Of a stretch of DNA of 64,000 nucleotides, positions 50,676-61,400 are shown one piece after another; the stretch's first letter is position 1; each line of letters begins with the position of its first letter. The notes under the pieces are model-generated. The model was not told the origin of the DNA. It worked only from the letters and a program-made list of their open reading frames with translations, and ran no database searches. The DNA is taken from NCBI GenBank assembly GCA_049320885.1, contig JBMORA010000030.1, forward strand, positions 32,001 through 96,000, written 5' to 3'. This stretch comes from Thermodesulfobacteriota bacterium. GTDB taxonomy: Bacteria; Desulfobacterota; Desulfobacteria; Desulfobacterales; SURF-7. The translations under genes and the position numbers were made by a program.

Positions 50676-51236
50676 ATGCACATCAAGAAATTCATCAACA
50701 AGTTCGACAACCTTACGGCCGAAAACCGGCTCCTCAAGTTCGTCATCATCGTGATCGGCGCGGGCTGCATCATCTCGTCGGCCATCTCCTTGCGGGCGGT
50801 GACCTATCAAAAGGTGGTCATCCTGCCGCCGGCGGTGGACAAACGCATTGTCATCCAGGGCAGCAGCGTGAACACCGAATACATCGAGCTGTTCACCAAA
50901 TACGCCATGGGACTGTTGCTGAACTATACCCCCGGCATTTTTGACGACCAGATCAGCGATCTCTTGAAACTCACGTCCCCGCGCTACTATCCGGCCCTGA
51001 ACCGCAGGATGCTGGAGATAAAGGGGGATGTGAAGCGCCTTTCCATCACCAGCATGTTTTATCCCCAGCTCCTGCGCATCAACCAGGAAAAGCAGGAGAT
51101 CAACATCCTGGGACTGCGGATTCAAACCGCCCGGGGCCAGGAAGTGGAACGGGTCGAAAAAATCTATCTCATGAAATACCAGCTGCTCAACGGGAGATTC
51201 TATGTGGACGGAATTGAAGAGGTCGAAAAACAATAA
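50676..51236 (+). CDS. traE: F-type T4SS TraE
   Basis: ENRLLKF, TM helix, VILPP and LLLNYTP motifs. Confidence 0.88.
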   Translation: MHIKKFINKFDNLTAENRLLKFVIIVIGAGCIISSAISLRAVTYQKVVILPPAVDKRIVIQGSSVNTEYIELFTKYAMGLLLNYTPGIFDDQISDLLKLTSPRYYPALNRRMLEIKGDVKRLSITSMFYPQLLRINQEKQEINILGLRIQTARGQEVERVEKIYLMKYQLLNGRFYVDGIEEVEKQ

Positions 51237-52479
51237 ACAGGGGATGCTCTGTCTCCTGCTTCTGCTGGTTCCCTTTTCAGCCGCCGGCGACGGCCCGGCC
51301 GGGGACAGCCATTACTGGGTGCTTCTTGGAGAAACGAAAGCCGACCTGGGGTCCATCCAGGAAAGCATGGACAAACTTCCGGACGAAATCGACAGGCAGG
51401 AACTGCGCATCTGCCTGGACGAAAATGCCTATGCCCTGGTCCACACCGGCGCCACGGACCCGGATGCCGCCTTTCTCATCCGGGAAAAACTCTCCCGGCT
51501 GCTGGATGAACGCACCAGGGCCGAACTTGTCGAGTACGATCCGGCCCGGTGCTTTGCAACAGGTCATTACTTGAAGAAACCTTCCAAGGAGACTGCCAAG
51601 AATCCGGAGAGCGCTCCCCGGAAAACGAATGAAGCCCCGGAAGCGGTGCACCTGCGACCGGCCCCGGCGGCATACGATTCAAATGATCAAACAGGCAAGT
51701 CCACGGACCGGGCAACAGTGCTGTCCAACTCTTCTGTGAAAATCCTGCCCGGAATTTCCACCCAGGTGTATTTGAGCAACCTCGATATCAACCGAATCAC
51801 CTGCATGGGCGACCGGCCGGTCAAGGATGTGATTTTTTCCACGGAAAAGGGAGTCACGGTAAAAATCAACGGTGCCAATGCCTTTGTCAAACTCCAACTC
51901 CGGCCCGATGATCTCGCGTCCAAGCCGGAAGTGATCCGGGAACCCGTCGAGCTCTATGTGGTCTGCGGCAACGGGAAGGATGTCTATACCCTCATCGGTA
52001 TCCCCAGAAAGATCCCGGCCCAGTGGGTCCAACTCACCTCCAAAGACGGTGACATCCAGAAAAATCTGTCGCTATTCGCGGGCAGGGATTTCGAAAAAAA
52101 GATTCTGACGCTGGTCAAGCAAGCCGTGACCGAGGATTTTCCGGATTCCTACACCATGCGAACAATGGCAAGGCCCATCCAAATCAAGGGCCTTGAATGG
52201 CTCGACATCACCTATCGGCGGCTGGTCCGGGTGGACGGCGAGGGCTTCCAGCTCAAGGAATACGGCCTGACGCTCTCCAAAAACCAGGAGACAACCCAAC
52301 GCCGGGTCCTCGAAAAGCAGTTCCTGGTGCCGCAGCTGGCCGAAAACCCGCTGGCCGTCACCCTGGACAGCCTGATCCTCACCAAGGATCGCCCGACCCG
52401 GCTGTTCATCATCGAAAGGGCGGATCAGGCGACCCGGCTCGGCGTGAACCATGCAGACAGCAAAGGGGAAATGCCATGA
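51202..52479 (+). CDS. traK: F-type T4SS TraK with N-terminal extension
   Basis: Signal peptide; LSNLDINRI.C and FS.EKG motifs; position between traE and traB. Confidence 0.82.
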   Translation: MWTELKRSKNNKQGMLCLLLLLVPFSAAGDGPAGDSHYWVLLGETKADLGSIQESMDKLPDEIDRQELRICLDENAYALVHTGATDPDAAFLIREKLSRLLDERTRAELVEYDPARCFATGHYLKKPSKETAKNPESAPRKTNEAPEAVHLRPAPAAYDSNDQTGKSTDRATVLSNSSVKILPGISTQVYLSNLDINRITCMGDRPVKDVIFSTEKGVTVKINGANAFVKLQLRPDDLASKPEVIREPVELYVVCGNGKDVYTLIGIPRKIPAQWVQLTSKDGDIQKNLSLFAGRDFEKKILTLVKQAVTEDFPDSYTMRTMARPIQIKGLEWLDITYRRLVRVDGEGFQLKEYGLTLSKNQETTQRRVLEKQFLVPQLAENPLAVTLDSLILTKDRPTRLFIIERADQATRLGVNHADSKGEMP

Positions 52480-53729
52480 ACGAATCCAATACGCCGGATA
52501 CCATCGGCGAGCCTGAAAAGCCGCATACCCTGAAAAGCCGGTTCAGCGCCCTTGCGCCGGAAACCAAAAGAAGGCTTGTCACCATCGGCCTGATCATCTC
52601 CCTGCTGGGTCTTTTCGTCATCGGCTATTATGCCAGGGGCAACAAAACCGCCGACAAGAAAAAAGACGACCCCATCGCGGAAGTCCGCATGGACCAGAAC
52701 GTCCTTGAAAAATCCCTGTATGCCAAGACCGAGGAGCTATTGATCGCCCAGAAAAAGGAGACCGATGAACTCAAGAAAGCGTTCAAAGCCCTCCAGGCCA
52801 ATCTGGAAAAATCACCGGTTCGGGAGAAGGCCGTCCCGCTCGCTCCCCCCAAACCTCCGGCAAAAGAAACCGTCGAAATCCCCCTGCCCCAAAAACCGGA
52901 TTTCGCCATCCCCCCGCCGCCGCCCATGGACAAAACCGATAAGAGCGACCGGATTCCAAAAAGCCTTTTCAATACTGCTCCACCGCCGCAAAAGGCCCAG
53001 GCGCCCCAGTTCATCGGCGGGATCGAGATGGTCCAGGCCCCCCTGGTGGAGGAAACGAAAGTACCGGAAGGCGACGGTAAAAAAAAACGGATTTATTTAC
53101 CCCCTTCTTTCATGGAGGCGACGCTGCTTTCCGGAGTGGCGGCCCCCACCACCAATGCCGCCAAGGGCAATCCCCTGCCCCTCCTGTTCCGGGTCAAGGA
53201 TTTGGCCGTGCTGCCCAATAAAGTCAAAGCGAATCTGAAAGGTTGCTTCGTGATCGGCTCGGGCATCGGCAACCTGGCCGACGAACGGGTCCATATCCGT
53301 CTGAACACCCTGTCCTGTGTGGCGAGGAACGGAGCCGCGGTCATCGATCAGAGCATCAAGGGCTTTATCGTGGACGGAGACGGCAAGGTGGGCTTGAAAG
53401 GACGGGTCGTGGCCAAGATGGGGGTGCATATCGCCCGCACGGCCCTAGCCGGGTTCATCGGCGGGATGGGAGAGGCCTTGAGCGACTCGACAAAAACAAG
53501 TACCTTCAGCGCCCTTGGCCAGCCCCAGTCGCAACTGAAAAACACGGATGCCGGGACCATCGCCAAGGCAGGCCTGGGCGAGGGCATATCCTCGGCCACC
53601 AGGGAATTGCAGAAATTCTATCTGCAACTGGCCGAACAGACCCTGCCGGTCATCGAGATCGGCTCCACCAAGGAGGTGACCATCGTCATCAGCGAAGGCG
53701 CGGGCCTCGATATCATGGAGAAAGGATAA
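52476..53729 (+). CDS. traB: F-type T4SS TraB (VirB10-like)
   Basis: TM helix, coiled coil and Pro-rich linker; LKGCFV, ERV.IR...LSC, DGKVGLKG and PVIEI motifs. Confidence 0.9.
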   Translation: MNESNTPDTIGEPEKPHTLKSRFSALAPETKRRLVTIGLIISLLGLFVIGYYARGNKTADKKKDDPIAEVRMDQNVLEKSLYAKTEELLIAQKKETDELKKAFKALQANLEKSPVREKAVPLAPPKPPAKETVEIPLPQKPDFAIPPPPPMDKTDKSDRIPKSLFNTAPPPQKAQAPQFIGGIEMVQAPLVEETKVPEGDGKKKRIYLPPSFMEATLLSGVAAPTTNAAKGNPLPLLFRVKDLAVLPNKVKANLKGCFVIGSGIGNLADERVHIRLNTLSCVARNGAAVIDQSIKGFIVDGDGKVGLKGRVVAKMGVHIARTALAGFIGGMGEALSDSTKTSTFSALGQPQSQLKNTDAGTIAKAGLGEGISSATRELQKFYLQLAEQTLPVIEIGSTKEVTIVISEGAGLDIMEKG

Positions 53730-53734
53730 AGGCG

Positions 53735-54202
53735 ATGAAACAGATGTTTTTGGCCGTCACCGGCCTGTGCCTGTTGATTCTGTCCGGCGGATGCCAGGCC
53801 GTGTTCAACCCGTATGATGACGCCTTCCAGTGCCCGGAGATGGACGAGGGCGCCTGTACCAGCATCCCGGACGCCTACCAGCAAAGCCTTACCAACGGCT
53901 CCCCGAAGGATGGGTGCGACACCTGTTCTGAAAAAGCGGCGATGCCGGAAGGAAACACGGCTGAGCCTCCTCCGCCGGATGCCCGGTCGATCTATCAGGA
54001 GAAACGTTTCGAACGGTTCAAGTCCCTGATCCAGGCCGACCGGCCGCCCGTCGCGGCGCCGCCGGAAGTGGTCCGGGTCCTGGTCCTGTCCTATACCGGT
54101 CAGGAGAATGAACTGTTCGGGTTCCGCTACATCTATTTTTTCGCCACCGAGCCCTCCTGGCTGCTTTCCACCGGCATGGAAACCGGACAGGGAGAAGACT
54201 GA
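53735..54202 (+). CDS. traV: F-type T4SS lipoprotein TraV
   Basis: Lipobox LSGGC; NPY...FQCP....G.C motif. Confidence 0.88.
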   Translation: MKQMFLAVTGLCLLILSGGCQAVFNPYDDAFQCPEMDEGACTSIPDAYQQSLTNGSPKDGCDTCSEKAAMPEGNTAEPPPPDARSIYQEKRFERFKSLIQADRPPVAAPPEVVRVLVLSYTGQENELFGFRYIYFFATEPSWLLSTGMETGQGED

Positions 54203-56727
54203 TGGGATGGCGCAACCTGATCTTCGGCACCGACGGCATGACCCACGGGGATATCGCCGACATGACCGCCAGAATCCGCTTCTCGGAATTTTTTCCCTAC
54301 AGGGCCTTTGACCCGCGGACCGGGGCCTTTCACAACCTGGACGATTCCATCGGTTTTCTGTGGGAATGCGTGCCCCTGGTGCATGCCGACGGGCATGTCT
54401 TCGATATCCTCAGCGGATTGCTCAACACCGTCTTTCCCGAAGGTACGGTCCTGCAGTTCCTGCTGTATGCCGACCCGCATATCAACTTCCTGCTGGACGC
54501 TTACCGGCGCCTCAAGATCCATAGCAACGAGCTTTCGGCCAAAACGATCCAAAACACCATGGATTTCTACCGTTCCGGCAATAAGGGCCTTCACCAACTG
54601 CGGGGAACCCCGGTCCGGAATTTCCGGTTGCTGGTGGCCCTCAAGCTCCCGCCGGCCGGAAAAGAGAAGATCGATCATCTCGACATCCGCGACAGTGTCC
54701 AGGAGACCCTGAAGGGCATTTATCTGTCGCCGGAACTTATCGGTCCCGATGTCCTCATCAGCACCCTGTCCCGGCTCTTCAACGACCATCCCCCGGACCA
54801 CCAGGGCTATGATCCGGATAAGGAGATCCACAAACAGATCATCCTGAGCGAAACCCCGATCCGGACCAGGTGGGATCGCATCCTCCTGGGCAGCCGGCAT
54901 CTGCGCTGCATGACCGTGAAGAAAATGGTGGAGCAAGTGGATGAACTCACCTTCAATTATCTGGCGGGCGACATCTGGGGGGTCCAGGGGGACAACAACC
55001 AGATCAACGTGCCTTTTTTGTTCACCGTGAACGTCATCTTCCAGCCCCTTTCTGCCAAGCTGCACGCCAAATGCAATTTCGTCCTCCAGCAGCAGGGGGT
55101 GGGCAGCTTCGCTCCGTCCCTGCAACGGAAAAAGGACGAATACATGTGGGCCGCCGGCCAGATCGAACAAGGGGTGAATTTCGTGCGCATCATGCCGCTG
55201 CTCTGGCATTTTGCGGACTCCGAGGAACAATCAAGGGCCGCGGCGGCCCGGGTCAAGCGCATTTTCCAATCCCGGGGGTTCGTGACCCAGGAGGACCGGG
55301 GCATTTTGAAAATTTTGTGGCTCTCCGCCCTGCCGTTCGGCTTGTACACCCATGACCGGGCCGTGGATTACATCGACCGGGATTTCATCTGCCAGCCCAA
55401 AGTGGCGGCCCGCTGCCTGCCCATCCAGGCGGATTTCTGCGGCGGGGGCGCGCCATACAATCTCTTTGTGGGCCGCAAGGGCCAGTTGATCCCCTTTGAT
55501 CTGTTCGCGCCAGTCTCGGAAAACTACAACGGCCTGATCACCGCCACCAGCGGGTCCGGCAAGAGTTTTTTCACCAACTCCCTGTGCTACAACTATTATA
55601 CCGCCGGCGCCCTGATCCGCATCGTGGACATCGGCGGCAGCTATAAAAAGCTCTGCCGGATCGTGGACGGGAAATTCATCCATTTCAGCAAGGACTCCCA
55701 TATCCGCCTCAATCCGTTCACCCATATCGTGGACATCGACGAGAGCATCCAGGCGGTCACCGCCATCATTGCCCAGATGATTTATTCCAGCAGCCGGCAG
55801 ACTCCCGGCGAGACCGAGATCACCCTGATCCGCAACGCGGCCTTGAGTTCCTTCAGCGAATACGGCAATGCCGCGGATATCGACCGGGTCTACGAATACC
55901 TCAAGGACCCGAGCAAAACGTCCGAAGCCCTCTTAGAGCTGGAATGCGGCGAGGACAATTCTTGCGTCAAGGACATCAAATCCCTGTCGGCCCAGCTGGC
56001 CTTCAATCTCCGGAATTTCACCTCCATGGGCAACCTGGGGGTCTGGTTCAACGGGCCGGCCAACCTGGATATCGCCCAGGACGATTTTGTGGTCCTGGAA
56101 CTGGAAGAATTGAAGCCCCAGGTGGAACTCTTCAATGTGGTGACCCTCCAGCTCCTGAACTACGTAACCGAGAACCTGTATCTTTCGGACCGGTCCAGGA
56201 AACGCCTGGTGATCTTCGACGAGGCCTGGCAGTTTTTTTCCGGGAACGGCAACAACGGGGGCGAGACCAGTCTTCTGGCCCGGATCATCGTGGAAGGTTA
56301 TCGCCGGGCTCGCAAATACGGCGGCAGTTTCATCACCATCACCCAGTCTTTGCTCGATCTGGCCATGTTCGGGGATGTGGGCCAGGTGATCCTGTCCAAC
56401 TCGGCTTACAAATTCCTGCTCCAGTCCGCTGACTTTGAAAAGGCCCGGTCCAAGAAACTCATCGATTATCCGGATTTTGTCATGAAGCTCCTGAAAAGCG
56501 TCCGCAGCCCCAAGCCCCGATATTCCGAGATCTTCATCGACAGCCCCATGGGCATGGGCATCGCCCGGCTGCTGGTGGACCCCTTCTCCTATTATTTATT
56601 CACCTCCTCGGCCGAGGACAACGCGCTGATCGAAAAACTCGTCCAAAGCGGACTCTCCTATCCGGAGGCGTTTGAGAAGATGCTCGGACAGGAGCAGAAG
56701 GAAAAGACTTTTGAAAAAGAAATGTAG
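54202..56727 (+). CDS. traC: F-type T4SS ATPase TraC (VirB4)
   Basis: SGSGKSF, D.GGSY, DEAW and RRARKY.G motifs. Confidence 0.93.
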   Translation: MGWRNLIFGTDGMTHGDIADMTARIRFSEFFPYRAFDPRTGAFHNLDDSIGFLWECVPLVHADGHVFDILSGLLNTVFPEGTVLQFLLYADPHINFLLDAYRRLKIHSNELSAKTIQNTMDFYRSGNKGLHQLRGTPVRNFRLLVALKLPPAGKEKIDHLDIRDSVQETLKGIYLSPELIGPDVLISTLSRLFNDHPPDHQGYDPDKEIHKQIILSETPIRTRWDRILLGSRHLRCMTVKKMVEQVDELTFNYLAGDIWGVQGDNNQINVPFLFTVNVIFQPLSAKLHAKCNFVLQQQGVGSFAPSLQRKKDEYMWAAGQIEQGVNFVRIMPLLWHFADSEEQSRAAAARVKRIFQSRGFVTQEDRGILKILWLSALPFGLYTHDRAVDYIDRDFICQPKVAARCLPIQADFCGGGAPYNLFVGRKGQLIPFDLFAPVSENYNGLITATSGSGKSFFTNSLCYNYYTAGALIRIVDIGGSYKKLCRIVDGKFIHFSKDSHIRLNPFTHIVDIDESIQAVTAIIAQMIYSSSRQTPGETEITLIRNAALSSFSEYGNAADIDRVYEYLKDPSKTSEALLELECGEDNSCVKDIKSLSAQLAFNLRNFTSMGNLGVWFNGPANLDIAQDDFVVLELEELKPQVELFNVVTLQLLNYVTENLYLSDRSRKRLVIFDEAWQFFSGNGNNGGETSLLARIIVEGYRRARKYGGSFITITQSLLDLAMFGDVGQVILSNSAYKFLLQSADFEKARSKKLIDYPDFVMKLLKSVRSPKPRYSEIFIDSPMGMGIARLLVDPFSYYLFTSSAEDNALIEKLVQSGLSYPEAFEKMLGQEQKEKTFEKEM

Positions 56728-56823
56728 ACAGGATTAACAGGATCGACAGGATCAAAAACAAGTCTCTTCTCCTGACCGCAAAGGCGGTCAGAAACATCCT
56801 GTAAATCCTGTTGATCCTGTCTA
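56725..56823 (+). repeat. 9-nt-periodic inverted-repeat element 1
   Basis: (ACAGGATnn)x3 left arm and (ATCCTGTnn)x3 right arm, with an inner 8-bp hairpin. Confidence 0.92.
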
Positions 56824-56837
56824 AAAAAGGAATCCAA

Positions 56838-58307
56838 ATGAAATCCATCCGAATTGTTTCTTGTCTTCTGATAATTCTGTCTGTGGCTCCGGCCCAAGCC
56901 GGCTGGATAGACGACTGGATGCAGCAGAAGACCGTATCCGGTCCCAACCATTTCGAGACCCAAAAGCGGGGGTTCACCTCTTTCGGCAATTTTTCCGCCC
57001 GCTGGCAGAACGGCAATGATTATCTCGTGAGTATCAACAAACCCCAGTTCAAGGCCGGTTGCGGCGGCATCGATCTGTTTTTGGGCGGCATGGACTTGAT
57101 GCAATTTGACTACCTGGTGGCCAAGCTCCAGCGCACCATGGGGTCGGCCTCGGCTGTTTTTGCGTTTGATATCGCCATGAGCGTGCTGTCCGAAAAGGTG
57201 GCCACCAGCATGAAATCCATCATGGCCATCGTGGACCGGGTCAACCAGCTCCAGTACGACGACTGCAAGGCCGGTCAGGCCATTGCCGCCACCCTGGTGG
57301 ATGCGGCCAACCCGAGGGTCGAGGCCAGGGACAAAACCCAGGCCATGACCGAGTTCGCCCAGCAGTCCGGGGTGTCCAGTCTCTGGCACGAATTGAAGAA
57401 TTTCGGCCAGGAGAGTTCGGTGGAGGATACGGCCGCCGCCGCAGGCGTGGGCGGCATGAACCAGCTCGTGGACGGCTGCCCCATGAATCTGCGGGAGATC
57501 TTTTTCACCCAGGGGTCGGTGCTGGCTCACCTGGGCGCCAAGCGGGGGTATGCCTCCGCCTATATCGATCTGGTACGCGGGCTGATCGGCGACATCAAGA
57601 TCAGCCCGGACGGCATGACCAGTACCCGGATCGACCGCTGCCCCCAAAACACCCCGGCGACGATCCTGGACACCTTTGCCGAAGGCACGGTTCAGCTCCG
57701 GGATGAGACCACGGACACCTGCAGCTCCGTGAACACCATCGTCATCGACGGTGTGACCTATCCCAATCTCAAGAACTGGGTGTTCACCATGCTGAGCACC
57801 ATCGGCGCCAAGGTCATGGCCAAACAGTCGTTATCGAGCAGCGAGGAAGGTTTCCTGAACCTCATCCCCGCGCCCATTTACAAAGCCATGATCACGGAGA
57901 TCACCATTGACGGAACCGCCGGCGCACCGCCCCTGATCGCGGCCAAATACGCCGACTATGTGTCCATCCTGTACGCCTATTACATGATGGGGGATTTGTA
58001 CAACCTGATGGACAATACCATCCTGACCGCGGAGACCGTCAGCCGGGCCAAAAAAGGCACGGACTCCGGCGGGGGCCAGCGGACCTGCAAGATCGAACTG
58101 GTGGAGCCCCTGATGGGGGACCTGCGCAAGATGCGCGAGGATCTGCTGCCCTTCATGCACGGGATCTACGATCTGTACCAGACCAAGCTGCTGGAGCTCA
58201 ACAACACCATCGATTTTGCCCGGGCCATCCAGCAGCGGGATGAGCATTTCAGGCAGATGCTTGCGGAGCGGGTGGGCCAGGCGGCCGTGCGGCATATGCT
58301 GAATTAG
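56838..58307 (+). CDS. traH: F-type T4SS TraH
   Basis: Signal peptide; Q.RG...G and P.FKAGCGGIDLFLGG motifs. Confidence 0.9.
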   Translation: MKSIRIVSCLLIILSVAPAQAGWIDDWMQQKTVSGPNHFETQKRGFTSFGNFSARWQNGNDYLVSINKPQFKAGCGGIDLFLGGMDLMQFDYLVAKLQRTMGSASAVFAFDIAMSVLSEKVATSMKSIMAIVDRVNQLQYDDCKAGQAIAATLVDAANPRVEARDKTQAMTEFAQQSGVSSLWHELKNFGQESSVEDTAAAAGVGGMNQLVDGCPMNLREIFFTQGSVLAHLGAKRGYASAYIDLVRGLIGDIKISPDGMTSTRIDRCPQNTPATILDTFAEGTVQLRDETTDTCSSVNTIVIDGVTYPNLKNWVFTMLSTIGAKVMAKQSLSSSEEGFLNLIPAPIYKAMITEITIDGTAGAPPLIAAKYADYVSILYAYYMMGDLYNLMDNTILTAETVSRAKKGTDSGGGQRTCKIELVEPLMGDLRKMREDLLPFMHGIYDLYQTKLLELNNTIDFARAIQQRDEHFRQMLAERVGQAAVRHMLN

Positions 58308-58310
58308 GTT

Positions 58311-58446
58311 TTTTTTGACGGGATCGACGGGATCGACCGGATGGAAAAGATAAAAACACGGAGAATGGTTAATATGAGAGCTATCGGTATTTTCTTTCGT
58401 AGTTTTATTACAAAATCCTGTAAATCCTGTCCATCCTGTCTAAAAA
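58311..58446 (+). repeat. 9-nt-periodic inverted-repeat element 2
   Basis: GACGGGATCGACGGGATCGACCGGAT ... ATCCTGTAAATCCTGTCCATCCTGTC. Confidence 0.88.
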
Positions 58447-61400
58447 CAAAATATAAACCGACAATATTCCTTTATATCCTTATCTTCTGCTGTCTTCCCT
58501 CTGCCGCTGCCGCCGCCGTGCCCAGCAGCCTCCAAACCATCACGGTCCAGGGCGGTTTTGACGTGTATGCCCAGACCTTCCGGCGGCTGGCCCTGATCAT
58601 GAGCGATACGCGGTACAACAATCTGTTCTTCACGTTCATCGTGGTGGGGATCTTCATCGCCGGGTGTGTGGTCATCGGCCACGCGGTGTTTGAGGGCAAG
58701 GACCGCATGCACTCCTGGGTGGCCTGGCTCGGCGCCGTCGTTTTCGGTCTCATCATTTTCAAGACTTTTATTCAACCGCGTTCGCCCCTGGTCATCCATG
58801 ATGAATCCAGCAACCAGTCCGTCACCATCGCCGATGTGCCGGACGGGGTCATCTTCGTGGCGGGCCTTGCCAAGAAAATCGAAAACGGCCTGATCCATAT
58901 CATCGAGACCAGCGGCAGCCCGGATTCGTACATCGACAACCCGGGCGGGGTCACCTTCAACATCTTTTCAAAGGCCTTTGCCAAAGGCGTGGATCTGTCC
59001 GGCGTGGGCGCGACGGGCGGGTATTTGAACACCAACCTGCGGAGTTACGTCAAGGACTGTCTTTTTTTCGAGATCGCCCGGCCGGGCACGACCCTGACCC
59101 TGGATCAGATCAACATCAATACGGATTTCATCCCCATCTTCGCCCAGGGTTCCAATCCGGCCTTGTTCACGGTGTATCGGGACAACAGCCACCCCACCGG
59201 CGTGACCGATTCCTGCTATTCGGCCTGGGCGCAGATCCAGACGGAACTCCTTTCCCTCACCGAGACCAGCTCGGCCAATGAGAAATACTGGACGGAACGA
59301 TGCCTGCGGGCGGGATATAACCACAATGTCGTCGGCGCCGTGGGACCGGACATGGTGACCCTCTGCCGGACAAAAGCGGCCGAACTCTTGTCCAACGCGA
59401 GACTCCTGGGCGTGGCCCTGACCTCCTCCCAATTGATGCGCCAGCATCTCATGGCGAGCGAGTTGTACGGCGCCCTCCAGGAAGCCAATCCGGATAGTGC
59501 CATCAGGATGTCCGGCGCCATGAACATGGGGAGCAGCCTGGTGGGTGCGGGCATCGTGGCCGGCGAGTGGATGCCCCACATGCAGGCCATGCTGTTTGCC
59601 GTGTTCGTGGGGATCATGCCGTTTTTCCTGATCCTGGCGGCCACGCCGTTTTATGCGCGGGTGATTTCATTCATCCTGGGCGCCTTTGTCTTTTTCGTCT
59701 CCTGGGGCGTCTGCGATGCCCTGTTGCACGAATTTGCCATGGACAAGGCCCTGGACATCATGACCGAGATCCGCAACGGCCAGCTGGGCCTGAAATCCTT
59801 TCTGCTGTTTCAGTCGGATTCCATGAAAGCCTATGCCTGTTTTGCCCAGTACAAGATCATGAGCATCATGTTCGCCGGCATCTTTGCCGGGGTGTTGACC
59901 CGCATCGGCGGGAGCATGTGGGCAAAAACCCTGGGGGCTCCGGGCAGCCAGATGAGCCGGTTCGGGGCCATCGCCTCCGGGGAGACCATCGATCCGGTCC
60001 GGAGCGCCGGTCGGAAGTCGGCCCTTACGGAAGCCGTTCCCGCCGAGGTACTCCATGACCGCTACGGCATGGCCAATCAGGCCCGCACCAATTTATATGC
60101 CCGAGCCACCGAATACCAGACCAAGGAGGCAGCCGTAAATGCCTTCGGCGGTATATCGGCCGACCCTCTCCCGGCGGCGGATGTCATGTCCGGGGCCAAT
60201 CTGACCCAGCTTACGGAGAAAGTGGCCCATGCGGATGCCGTCCAGGCATGGGGCAATGCCCATGGCCTCAGCAGCGACGACACCATCCGGATGACCCGGG
60301 ATTATCTCCAGCATGCAAGCGCCTCCTCGGCCCTGGCCATGAACAAGATCGCCCGGGAGTACAATATCTCACCCATGGAGGCCCTCGATTTTGCCAAGCA
60401 CATCCAGACCGAAACCGGATACGGCGACGCCCTGGGGGTGGAACGGGCCTATCAGTCGGCCACACAGGACGGGTTCTCCGGGACCATTGCGGATTACCAG
60501 GCCATGCGGGCCGAGATCGACAGCCGCAAAGGTTTTTTGACCGCCGGGGCTGTCCGTAAAATGGCCGAAACCTATTTTGACGGCAACACCCAGCAGTTGT
60601 TACGGCACGAAGCGGAATACAGCCAGTCCCAGACCGCGGCCATGCTGCGGAATTTTTCCAACCACCGGGCAGCCCCGGAAGAAGTGGGGGAAGCCATCGG
60701 CCGGGCCAAATCCTTCGAGGCCCTGGCCAAGGAGGAGCATCTCTTCGCCGCCGGTGATCATACCTATTTTCTGACCCAGTCCGGTCAGTTGTATGAGGCG
60801 GCGGTCAAGCACCTCCGGCGCAACGCCGTGGACGAAATCGCCAGCCAGGGGAGCCTCTCGGGCCAGACCCTTGCCGATATCAAAGCCCTGCAGGATACGG
60901 ACATGGGCCGGACCCAGCTGCGAGCCCAAGGCGGCCTGGAAACCACCATCCGGGGCGAACGGGAAGCCCACAATTTCAGCCGGTATCTGGAAACCCAGGG
61001 CGTGGCGGTGCAAAGTCGCGATCTCGTCGGCGCCCGGACCAGTCTAAACCTCTATACGGACAATGACGGCAACCTCAAGACTGGCTTTATCGCCGTGAAC
61101 AAGGGCACCGTCATCACCAGCCAGGATTACAAAGAATACAAAGGCGCCTTATCCAAAGACCAGGCCCAAAAACTGGGCCTCACCCGGGAAGGATTCTATT
61201 CCATCAAGTCTTCACCCGCCGGCGGCGCTGCCTTGCTCGTCCATGGCGAATCCGGCCGGATGTTCACCAAGTCCGATCTGCATGTGGAAAAAAACTCCAA
61301 CGATGGATACCAGGTTGTTTACCGGAATCCTGAAACCGGCGAGACCGGTTACACCGAACTCAGCCAGGGAACGGAAGCAAAGGATGTGGCCTCAACCGTG

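Noticed and set aside
56783..56791. GGCGGTCAG as an RfaH ops site
   Set aside because: It does not match GGCGGTAG, is explained as a hairpin arm, and no NusG/RfaH paralogue is seen.
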